From Ignavibacteriales bacterium (GTDB lineage: Bacteria; Bacteroidota; Ignavibacteria; UBA10030; UBA8401): 64,000 nt of DNA. A program made the position numbers and the translations under genes. Positions 19,075 through 27,164 of the stretch are shown here, in pieces; within the stretch, counting starts at the first letter, position 1; each line of letters starts with the position of its first letter. The notes under the pieces were generated by a model that made no database searches, had not been told where the DNA came from, and was given only the letters and a program-made list of their open reading frames with translations. The stretch is taken from assembly GCA_037443785.1 (NCBI GenBank), contig JBBINR010000010.1, positions 23,954-87,953 of the forward strand, written 5' to 3'.

Positions 19075-20301
19075 TCATTCTCTTATAGGCATTATACTCT
19101 TTTCATTCATTTTGGCCTCGCCTTTTTTTGTAAATCGTTTTATAAAAAGCTGCAACTGAACATTTCGTGCATCGTCCCAAGTAACAATAAACTCTCCCTC
19201 CGAATTCATTGATACAGCAGGATATTCCTGAATTATAGGCTCTGGACTATCATTTATTTTAATATTCTTTCCAATGCGTTTACCTCCATGTGAAAAAAGC
19301 TGCCCATAGATATCGCCTACTTCATTATGCTGATCGTTCCGATAGTCTTCCCAAACACAAATAAATAATCCCGATGAAGAACCTGCGATACCCGGGAGTC
19401 TTTGCCATAGATTGACCGTATCATCATTCACTAATTTATTTGACGCTAATAATTTATGATTCTTTATTCTTTGCAAATAAATATTGGATTCTCCCGTCCG
19501 GTAATCTTTCCACAACACAAAAATTTCTCCGTTTGATTGAACCAAAAGTTCCGGATTCGAAGAAAAAGATTTCCCGTTAGCCCTGTCAATTGATAAAACC
19601 TTACTCCATGACGAAAGATTCCATTGGCATGATTTCATATAAACATGAAACTGACCATGGTCAGAATCCTGCCAAACAAAATACAGTGTTGAATCAATCC
19701 CAATTCGAACCGATGGATATTGCACAAGGGAGATACTTTTCGCGATCAAAATATTTTGACCGAATTTTCCTCTCGAAGGTGAATATCGTTGCGCATAAAT
19801 ATTGGGAATGCCGTCTCGATAGTCAACCCAACAAATAATTGACTCTCCATTTTTATGGACAGAAATCCGAGGAGTTAGGGAACCTTTGATTTTATCGGTA
19901 ACTATTTCTGCCGAATCAATCACACTTCCGTTTTGTGAGTACCGGGCTCTATAGAGTATACCAAAATTGCTTTCAAATTGTTCCCACACAATTGAAATCC
20001 GTCCAGAATCATCGATTCCGACATCGGCATCACTTCCGTACCCGGGAAATTCTGAATTCACTACGATAGGTTTACAAAGATTACCATTCGATGAATCAAG
20101 TATGGCTAATATTACATTGCCGCCACTCGCAGGAGATGTGTGACACGCAACCGCTGCAACGCCATTATCAGCAAGGGCAACCTTATCATTAATAAAATCT
20201 ATCGTCCCATTTAAATTTTGCGCAAAAGATAACGAACTAATGACAAAATAAAATGCTCCATAGATGTGACGCTGAAATAATTGTATATGATGTATTTTCA
20301 T
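19075..20301 (-). CDS. secreted repeat protein (probable 6-7-bladed beta-propeller), family not recognised
   Basis: 408 aa with a signal-like N-terminus ...FVISSLSFAQ. Six ~45-50-aa repeats share the pattern h-h-W-x-D-x-R/D...(N/D)IY-x-Q-R-(Y/F/I), for example ICWVDYRDGIPNIYAQRY, VLWKDYRTGESNIYLQRI, CVWEDYRNDQHNEVGDIYGQLF. Confidence 0.6.
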   Translation of the reverse strand: MKIHHIQLFQRHIYGAFYFVISSLSFAQNLNGTIDFINDKVALADNGVAAVACHTSPASGGNVILAILDSSNGNLCKPIVVNSEFPGYGSDADVGIDDSGRISIVWEQFESNFGILYRARYSQNGSVIDSAEIVTDKIKGSLTPRISVHKNGESIICWVDYRDGIPNIYAQRYSPSRGKFGQNILIAKSISLVQYPSVRIGIDSTLYFVWQDSDHGQFHVYMKSCQWNLSSWSKVLSIDRANGKSFSSNPELLVQSNGEIFVLWKDYRTGESNIYLQRIKNHKLLASNKLVNDDTVNLWQRLPGIAGSSSGLFICVWEDYRNDQHNEVGDIYGQLFSHGGKRIGKNIKINDSPEPIIQEYPAVSMNSEGEFIVTWDDARNVQLQLFIKRFTKKGEAKMNEKSIMPIRE

Positions 20302-20469
20302 TGCACACTTTATGATACGATCTCAACTATCGGCATGCCGGGTTCGTCCCTCAAAATGGTACACTCGTCCCACTCATATTCATTTCATCCCAAAGGCTTT
20401 TCAATTTATTCTTTTTTTTGTTATAAAAAAGAAAAATTATTTATTTCACCCACCATCAAAGGGAGTCCT

Positions 20470-20829
20470 ATGAAACTTAACAAAAAAGAGGTAGCACAAA
20501 ATTTGAGACTGTTCGGGTATAAAAGATTTGGCACAATGAAAAAATTTGCCGAAGCCTTGGATATGAATCCATCTACCTTGTATTCGGGATATTTAAACGG
20601 CAGAAGCCTTCCTGGTCCCGTGCTGCTGGTAAAATTAATCGACCTCGGATGTAACATTAATTGGCTCTTGACCGGAAGAGAAACAATGAACAATGTAACT
20701 AACAACGATAAGACCGTGCCAAAAGAAATTTCAAACATTCATGCTGTATATTCCTCATCGGAAGAACCCCGGACTGCTCACTTTACCGTTGAAAAAACGA
20801 ATGGAACGCTTGCGAACAGAAGCAGATGA
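20470..20829 (+). CDS. HTH DNA-binding protein, phage-CI-repressor-like N-terminal domain
   Basis: ORF-track start 20281 trimmed to ATG 20470, which has AAAGGGAG at 20458-20465. MKKFAEALDMNPSTLYSGYLNGRSLPGPVLLVKLIDLGCNINWLLTGRE matches the CI-type HTH pattern ending WLLTG. Confidence 0.65.
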   Translation: MKLNKKEVAQNLRLFGYKRFGTMKKFAEALDMNPSTLYSGYLNGRSLPGPVLLVKLIDLGCNINWLLTGRETMNNVTNNDKTVPKEISNIHAVYSSSEEPRTAHFTVEKTNGTLANRSR

Positions 20830-20875
20830 TAGTGGCGATTGAAAAAAACTTTTATTACACTTTGCCACACAGTAT

Positions 20876-22039
20876 TTGCTGACTATGAGCATGAAAAACT
20901 ATTTCACAAAGTACAAAACCGAATTGCTTTTTCATTTCGGATTGCTGACGATCCTGGGAATTGCTTTTTTTCTGCAAACCATCTACAGCGACTCCGTGTG
21001 GAACAATAATCAAGAGAATTTAAAGCCTCATTTTATTTTCACAACCTTTGTGGATAGAGTCGTTGCTGCATATTTGTGGCTGATGCTCACTCCCGCCATC
21101 ATTTGGACTTCGGAAAAAATTGCAAAACAAAAATTCCCATTCATGGGGATGGCGGTAAGTCATTTTGCGGTCGGATTATCATTTACCTTTTTTCATATTC
21201 CGATTTACAGCTCATTCGTTTTTATCACGCATGCCATCACTCCTTGGATGTATGCAATCGATTTTGAAAAAATCCATACTATTGATTACTCAAGTTACAT
21301 TGTCTATTCTCTGACGCGTGTTAATCACGTCTATCGGTTTCTCTATTATAGCATTATTGTCGCGGTGCATTTTGCGTTCGATTATTTCCGAAAATACTCA
21401 GAGCGCGAACTTCAAGCATCCCAACTGGAAAATCAATTAAAAGAAACTCAACTGAGAACACTACACCAACAATTACAACCGCATTTTCTTTTTAATACAT
21501 TAAACAGCATTTCAGCATTGATGTACAAAAGCGTAGATGAAGCCGATAAGATGTTAACATATCTTGGAGATCTCCTTCGAATTTCGCTGGAACGGATGTC
21601 GGTTCAAGAAGTACCGCTGAAAGACGATATTGCATTTATCGAACGATACTTATTAATTGAAAAAATCCGGATGGGGGATCGCTTGATCGTGAAAACAAAT
21701 TTTCATCCCGACACACTCGACGCTCTCGTCCCCTGTATGCTCGCACAGCCAATTCTTGAAAATGCCATCAAGCATGGCATCTCGCCGAATGCAAAACAAG
21801 GGACCATTTTTGCCTCCACATGGCGCCACGCTGAAAAATTATTTTTTCAAATTGAAGATACTGGCAACGGAATGTCCGGCAGCCTCGACGACAACATTGG
21901 GAAAGGATTTGGATTAAAAAACACGGTCGATCGATTAACTCTTCTTTACCGCACAAATTACACGCTAGAATTTTCAAATAGGGACGGCGGTGGCCTTCGT
22001 GTAACTCTTTCCATCCCTTTCCGTATGAGTATTAATTAA
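20876..22039 (+). CDS. LytS/YehU-type sensor histidine kinase
   Basis: 387 aa with about 5-6 N-terminal TM helices. His_kinase signature LQPHFLFNTLNSISALM, then an HATPase_c region (ENAIKHG...DTGNGM...GFGLKN). The first codon at 20876 is TTG; ATG alternatives are at 20885 and 20891. Confidence 0.8.
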   Translation: MLTMSMKNYFTKYKTELLFHFGLLTILGIAFFLQTIYSDSVWNNNQENLKPHFIFTTFVDRVVAAYLWLMLTPAIIWTSEKIAKQKFPFMGMAVSHFAVGLSFTFFHIPIYSSFVFITHAITPWMYAIDFEKIHTIDYSSYIVYSLTRVNHVYRFLYYSIIVAVHFAFDYFRKYSERELQASQLENQLKETQLRTLHQQLQPHFLFNTLNSISALMYKSVDEADKMLTYLGDLLRISLERMSVQEVPLKDDIAFIERYLLIEKIRMGDRLIVKTNFHPDTLDALVPCMLAQPILENAIKHGISPNAKQGTIFASTWRHAEKLFFQIEDTGNGMSGSLDDNIGKGFGLKNTVDRLTLLYRTNYTLEFSNRDGGGLRVTLSIPFRMSIN

Positions 22040-22072
22040 ATATTCATTTTATTGAACTAATCCCAGATTCAC

Positions 22073-22840
22073 ATGATCCGAGCGATGATCGTGGACGATG
22101 AGCCGCTTGCGCGCGAGAAGGTTTCATTATTTGCGAGCAGTGAACCCGACCTGGAAGTTGTTGCGACCTGCAGCAATGGAGTGGAAGCTCTATCCTCTTT
22201 CAATACGCACACACCTGATCTAATTTTTCTTGATATCCAAATGCCAGAATTGAATGGGTTTGATTTTCTCCGTCAACTCAAAACTGATACCATGCCGGGC
22301 ATTATTTTTATTACCGCATACGACGAGTTTGCCTTGCGCGCATTCGAATATCACGCATTAGATTATTTGCTAAAACCTTTTGACAAAGAACGATTTCATC
22401 GTGCCGTTCACCACGCCACAGTGAGCATGTCAACGAAGGAAGAAAAAGAAAAGAGTCATAAACAGGTCGTTACACTACTTGAATCATTGAAGAAAGATTC
22501 TTCATCGCTTGAACGATTGATTGTTAAAACAAATGGAAGAGTCTTATTTTTGAAGGTCAATGATATCGATTGGATGGAAGCGGCAGGCAATTATATTAAG
22601 TTGCATGTGGGAAATGAAACTCATCTTATTCGTGAAACGATGAACAGTCTTGAACAACAGCTCAATGGAAAAATATTTGTCCGCGTTCACCGCAGCACTA
22701 TTATTAATATCGACCGAATTAAAGAATTGCAGCCATGGTTTAACGGAGATTATAAAATTACGCTCACCACAAATGTACAGGTTATCATGAGCCGGGGCTA
22801 TCGTAAACATTTTAGTTCAATTATCGGTAAACCGCTTTAA
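22073..22840 (+). CDS. LytTR-family response regulator
   Basis: 255 aa. Receiver domain (MIVDDEPLA...DLIFLDIQMPELNGFDF) plus a C-terminal LytTR DNA-binding domain (IDWMEAAGNYIKLHV...FVRVHRSTIINIDRIKEL). Confidence 0.9.
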   Translation: MIRAMIVDDEPLAREKVSLFASSEPDLEVVATCSNGVEALSSFNTHTPDLIFLDIQMPELNGFDFLRQLKTDTMPGIIFITAYDEFALRAFEYHALDYLLKPFDKERFHRAVHHATVSMSTKEEKEKSHKQVVTLLESLKKDSSSLERLIVKTNGRVLFLKVNDIDWMEAAGNYIKLHVGNETHLIRETMNSLEQQLNGKIFVRVHRSTIINIDRIKELQPWFNGDYKITLTTNVQVIMSRGYRKHFSSIIGKPL

Positions 22841-23004
22841 CAGATCGCTGCCTTTCCCCCATATATATCAGCCCTGCACCAAAACCAATAACGTTATCAG
22901 CTCCAGCAGCAACAAATAAATTTTTTGACAATGCAACCGAATAAAGAATTTTAGAATAAGATGAAAAACATCCGCCACAGACAATGCTGCAACCCGTTTA
23001 AAAT

Positions 23005-23040
23005 AAAAAATCCTCTTCTGTAATTACAGAAGAGGATTTC
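23005..23040. terminator. bidirectional intrinsic terminator between convergent response-regulator and serA genes
   Basis: Perfect 10-bp stem TCCTCTTCTG / CAGAAGAGGA (23011-23036) with a 6-nt loop. It is flanked by an A-run (23005-23010) and T residues (23037-23039). Confidence 0.7.
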
Positions 23041-23062
23041 ATTCTTTCGAAATGAATCTGGC

Positions 23063-24646
23063 TTACAGCGTTACCACTTTTGCGTGGAACACGCCATCAA
23101 GCGCTTTTACTTTTTGAAGTACCGTTTCGGGTATCGGATTGTCGACACTTACAACGGTCAATGCGCGTTCGCCGGCACCCGTTCTGCCAAGCGATAATCC
23201 CGCAATATTAATATTTGCTTCGGCAAGGATTGTTCCTACTTTGGCAAGCATACCGGGCCGATCAATATTTGTATAATAGAGAAATGTTCCGTCCGGTGTT
23301 CCTTCAACATAATAACGATCCAAACGAATGATCTTCAAATATTTTCCTGCAAAAACAGTTCCGGCGAATGAGCGTTCTTCAACATCCGTTTTATACGCGA
23401 TAGTCAGCAGATTTGTATAATTCTCAATATCGGCTTCCTTCTTTTCGCTCACACGAATACCAAGCGATTGAGCAACAACCGGCGCATTGATATAATTAAT
23501 CGGCTCGTGAATTTGAATCAACCGCGAAAGAAGTCCACGCAGTACGCCGGCTTTCAATAATTCAGCATGCTTGTGAAGCAATTCGCCGCGGAGCTCGATC
23601 GAAAGTTCTTTCAACTGGCCATTCATTACTTGAGCCTGAAGCATTCCGAGTTTTTCCGCAAGTGTGAGGAATGGTTTTATTTCTAACGGAATTCCCGATT
23701 GCAGTGCGGAAGCATTTACGGCACCGACAATACCGCGGTCCTTTAAGGCATCGGCAATCTGCTGCGCAATTTGTATCGCAACTTTTTCCTGCGCTTCATC
23801 GGTCGACGCAGCAAGATGCGGAGTTGCGACTACTTTTGAATGCCTGACGAGCGTAAAATCTTTTGGTGGTTCTTCGCTGTACACATCTAACGCGGCGCCG
23901 GCAACGTGACCACTTTCTAATGCACGTAATAATGCCGTTTCATCAATAATTCCGCCGCGGGCACAATTGATAAGGCGTACGCCTTTTTTACATTTCGCAA
24001 TGGTTGCCTCGTTCAACAAACCTTTCGTTTCATTATTTAAAGGAGTGTGAACAGTGATAAAATCCGAACGGCGATAAATTTCATCAAGCGAAATAAGTTC
24101 AACATTGAACTTCGCTGCAACGTCGGCACTTAATACGGGATCGTAACCGATCGTGGTCATTCCAAACGCCTGCGCCCGGAGTGCCACTTCGTGACCGATC
24201 TTTCCGAGACCGACAATGCCGAGTGTTTTGCCAAGCAGTTCGGTTCCCATAAATTTTTTGCGATCCCATTTCCCCGCAACCAAACTTGCATGAGCATTTG
24301 GAATGTTTCTCGACAGCGCCATCAGCATCGAAAACGTGTGCTCAGCGGTCGAAATTGTATTTCCGCCGGGGGTGTTCATCACAATAATCCCTTTTCGTGA
24401 CGCCGCCGCCGAATCAATATTATCAACCCCTGCACCGGCGCGGCCGATGACTTTCATCGAGGTTGCATGTTCAATAATATCAGCCGTTACCTTTGTTCCA
24501 CTGCGAACAACCATTGCGGCATAGTCAGCAATAATTTTTTTTATCTCATCTGCCGGAAGTCCGGGTTTCAGATCTACTTGAAATCCCTCGCGCGTCAAAA
24601 TATCGACGCAGCTTTGTTCGATCGGATCAGTAATTAATATTTTCAT
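23063..24646 (-). CDS. serA: D-3-phosphoglycerate dehydrogenase (long form with ACT domain)
   Basis: 527 aa. NAD-binding motif GIVGLGKIGHEVA, catalytic region, and a C-terminal ACT-like segment. Confidence 0.9.
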   Translation of the reverse strand: MKILITDPIEQSCVDILTREGFQVDLKPGLPADEIKKIIADYAAMVVRSGTKVTADIIEHATSMKVIGRAGAGVDNIDSAAASRKGIIVMNTPGGNTISTAEHTFSMLMALSRNIPNAHASLVAGKWDRKKFMGTELLGKTLGIVGLGKIGHEVALRAQAFGMTTIGYDPVLSADVAAKFNVELISLDEIYRRSDFITVHTPLNNETKGLLNEATIAKCKKGVRLINCARGGIIDETALLRALESGHVAGAALDVYSEEPPKDFTLVRHSKVVATPHLAASTDEAQEKVAIQIAQQIADALKDRGIVGAVNASALQSGIPLEIKPFLTLAEKLGMLQAQVMNGQLKELSIELRGELLHKHAELLKAGVLRGLLSRLIQIHEPINYINAPVVAQSLGIRVSEKKEADIENYTNLLTIAYKTDVEERSFAGTVFAGKYLKIIRLDRYYVEGTPDGTFLYYTNIDRPGMLAKVGTILAEANINIAGLSLGRTGAGERALTVVSVDNPIPETVLQKVKALDGVFHAKVVTL

Positions 24647-24722
24647 GGCTAGTCTCTATAAGTAGTATGCTCCGCACATGGCTGTACGGAGCGATAACAT
24701 TGGTAATAGAAATGAGTTTCGA

Positions 24723-25859
24723 TTATTTTGCGGCGAGAGATTGTAACAATCCCTTTACCCCTGCACCGAGATCAAACTGATATCCACATTCTTTCAGGGT
24801 CAGTTCCAGAGCACCAATCATGGTGATCATATCTAATTCATCGTAATATCCAAGATGAGAAATCCGGAAGATCTTTCCCGTAAAATCATCCTGTCCGCCG
24901 GCAATGGTGATACCGTATTTCCCTTTGAGAATTTTGTTGAATTGTTTCCATTCAACACCCGCAGGAACCCATACCGGTGTTACTGCATACGACGGAAATT
25001 CTGAAAATAATTTTAATCCGATTGCAGAGACACCGGCGCGAATCGCATTGGCAAGCCGTTGATGACGTGCCCACACATTTTCAATTCCTTCTTGAACAAT
25101 CATTTGAAGCGCAGCATCCACACCGATAACCAGCGATACTGCCGGGGTCCACGGCGTATCATTTCCTTCATATGATTTCAATGCTTTCTTCAAATCCAGA
25201 TAGAATCTCGGCATCTTCGAAGTTTCGATTGCCGCAATCGCACGCTTACTCAATGCAACAAATGCAAGACCGGGAGGAATCATCAATCCTTTTTGAGAAC
25301 CGGTGACGCATGCATCAATGCCCCATTCATCGAAACGCATTTCGTGCGCACCAATGGCTGTAATGCCGTCAACACACACCAGCGCGTTAGAGTTTTCACG
25401 AATGATTTTTGCTAATTTTTTTATGTCGGTCGCCGCACCGGTTGATGTTTCGCTGTGCGTTAAATACACCGCTTTCGTATCGGGATTTTCTTTCAGCGCC
25501 TTTAAGATTTGTTCTTCCGTTGGCGCTTTCCCCCATTCAACTTTTATTTCGATGACATTCAAGCCGTACACTTTCGGCATCTTTACCCAGCGCTCGCCGA
25601 ATTTTCCACCGTTGGATGCAATAACTTTATCGCCGGGAGAAAAAAGGCTGACAAATGTCGATTCAACTCCGCCGGTGCCTGAACATGTAAGCGTCAGAAC
25701 GGGTTGTTGGGTTTGAAAAAGATATTGTAAATTTTTGTTGACGCGTGTGAGTACTTCATTGAATTCCGGATTGCGATGGTGAATAATCGGCTCAGCCATT
25801 TTCAACATCACGGTTTCAGGAATCGGGGTTGGTCCTGGGGTAAATAAGCGTTTTTTCAT
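24723..25859 (-). CDS. class-V aminotransferase, AGXT / serine-pyruvate family (candidate phosphoserine aminotransferase)
   Basis: 378 aa. N-terminus LFTPGPTPIPETV and an SQKGLMIPPGLAF lysine motif typical of class-V PLP enzymes. It lies directly upstream of serA. Confidence 0.75.
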   Translation of the reverse strand: MKKRLFTPGPTPIPETVMLKMAEPIIHHRNPEFNEVLTRVNKNLQYLFQTQQPVLTLTCSGTGGVESTFVSLFSPGDKVIASNGGKFGERWVKMPKVYGLNVIEIKVEWGKAPTEEQILKALKENPDTKAVYLTHSETSTGAATDIKKLAKIIRENSNALVCVDGITAIGAHEMRFDEWGIDACVTGSQKGLMIPPGLAFVALSKRAIAAIETSKMPRFYLDLKKALKSYEGNDTPWTPAVSLVIGVDAALQMIVQEGIENVWARHQRLANAIRAGVSAIGLKLFSEFPSYAVTPVWVPAGVEWKQFNKILKGKYGITIAGGQDDFTGKIFRISHLGYYDELDMITMIGALELTLKECGYQFDLGAGVKGLLQSLAAK

Positions 25860-25929
25860 GGTGATTGTCCTTCAATAAAATGGAATACAAGGAACAGCAA
25901 AAACGAGAATGATGTACTGCTAAAATCGT

Positions 25930-26547
25930 TTATGCAACTTTAGAGGAAGGGAGTTCTTTTCCTTCAACATGACGTTCGATCATTTTCATCAGGTCGATGC
26001 GTCCATCGCCGGTCACGGCCGAAAATGGTTGAATGCCGGCAAGATGTTTATACTTACTTAACTCACCACCGATGAGATTCATCTGGTTGATCAGTTTATT
26101 CTTCGGCAGCTTATCCGCTTTGGTGAGAATAAGAAGGAACGGGACTTTGTAAAAGTCGAGCCATCCCATCATCGTATTATCGAGCTCTGTTGGTCCTAAC
26201 CGTGCGTCGACAATTTGAATGGCAAGGGCGATTTGCTTTCGTGTGTGAAAAAATTCTTCGATCAACTGTGTCCAACCCGCTTTCACATGTTCGGCTACTT
26301 TTGCATAGCCGTACCCGGGCAGGTCAACAAAATATAATTCCTTATTGATCAGGTAATAATTCAGTTCTCGAGTTTTGCCCGGCGTAGAACTTACCCGAGC
26401 AATATTTTTTCGGTTGCACAATTTATTCAACAACGACGATTTACCAACATTCGAACGTCCGATGAAAATAATTTCGGGGAGGTTAGTTTTGGGAAGCTGT
26501 TGAAGATTTGCTACACCGACGACAAAATCAACTGTTGAAATTTTCAT
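25930..26547 (-). CDS. engB: ribosome-biogenesis GTPase EngB/YsxC
   Basis: 205 aa. G1 motif GRSNVGKSSLLN, DLPGYG, and a TKADK G4 motif. Confidence 0.9.
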   Translation of the reverse strand: MKISTVDFVVGVANLQQLPKTNLPEIIFIGRSNVGKSSLLNKLCNRKNIARVSSTPGKTRELNYYLINKELYFVDLPGYGYAKVAEHVKAGWTQLIEEFFHTRKQIALAIQIVDARLGPTELDNTMMGWLDFYKVPFLLILTKADKLPKNKLINQMNLIGGELSKYKHLAGIQPFSAVTGDGRIDLMKMIERHVEGKELPSSKVA

Positions 26548-26586
26548 ACGTCTTCACACATCGTGATTGAAAGTCTATGAACGACA

Positions 26587-26608
26587 AAGGATAGCTTACG
26601 CTATCCTT
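26587..26608 (-). terminator. hairpin after rplQ (weak terminator or attenuator candidate)
   Basis: 9-bp stem AAGGATAGC / GCTATCCTT with a 4-nt loop, 14 nt after the rplQ stop. The downstream U-run on the minus strand is poor. Confidence 0.35.
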
Positions 26609-26621
26609 TCTGAAACTATAT

Positions 26622-27152
26622 TTATTCTGCATTTGCTTTTGTTTCGCCCGCACTTGCTTCATTCGCTTCAGTTGCAGTTTCACTCTTCGTTCGCTTCTTT
26701 TGATTGATACGAGCGCGGCGATCTTGTTTCTTCTTCACTGGCGTTGCTGCTTCTTCCGGCTGATAACCGAAATCAACAAGTTCAAGCATTGCTACTTGCG
26801 CACCATCGCCGAGGCGTTGTCCGAGCTTAATCACTCTGGTATAGCCGCCGGGACGATTTGCCACCTTCGGAGCAATATCATTGAACAACATTTTCACAAC
26901 ATCTTTATCGTTGATAAAACGTGCAACCTCGCGGCGAGCATGAATATTTTTCGGTGCGCCGTCGATCTCTTTTGCAACAGCGTTCTTTGCGCGTGTAATG
27001 ATTTTTTCAACCACCATACGTGCTTCTTTCGCTTTTGCTAAAGTCGTTTTAATTCTTTTATGACGAAGCAATGATGTCGAGAGCGCACTCAACAATGCTT
27101 TGCGATGGCTGGCGGTTCGTTTTAATTTTCTTCCTGCTCTTCCGTGTATCAT
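26622..27152 (-). CDS. rplQ: 50S ribosomal protein L17 (with charged C-terminal extension)
   Basis: N-terminus MIHGRAGRKLKRTASHRKALLSAL plus operon position after rpoA. 176 aa, with a ~55-aa K/E/A-rich tail. Confidence 0.95.
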   Translation of the reverse strand: MIHGRAGRKLKRTASHRKALLSALSTSLLRHKRIKTTLAKAKEARMVVEKIITRAKNAVAKEIDGAPKNIHARREVARFINDKDVVKMLFNDIAPKVANRPGGYTRVIKLGQRLGDGAQVAMLELVDFGYQPEEAATPVKKKQDRRARINQKKRTKSETATEANEASAGETKANAE

Positions 27153-27164
27153 TGATCTATCCTT

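Noticed and set aside
20281-20469. 63-codon N-terminal extension of the HTH ORF
   Set aside because: The extension has no RBS, would overlap the divergent gene's start, and is not protein-like. ATG 20470 has an AAAGGGAG Shine-Dalgarno sequence.
20302-22840. Possible prophage remnant, suggested by the CI-repressor-like HTH gene
   Set aside because: There is no integrase, no structural or lysis genes, no att-like repeats and no tRNA next to it. The neighbours are ordinary two-component genes.
24671-24694. Hairpin GCTCCG-12 nt-CGGAGC between the aminotransferase gene and serA
   Set aside because: It has only a 6-bp stem with a large loop and no U-tract, which is insufficient to call a terminator or regulatory element.
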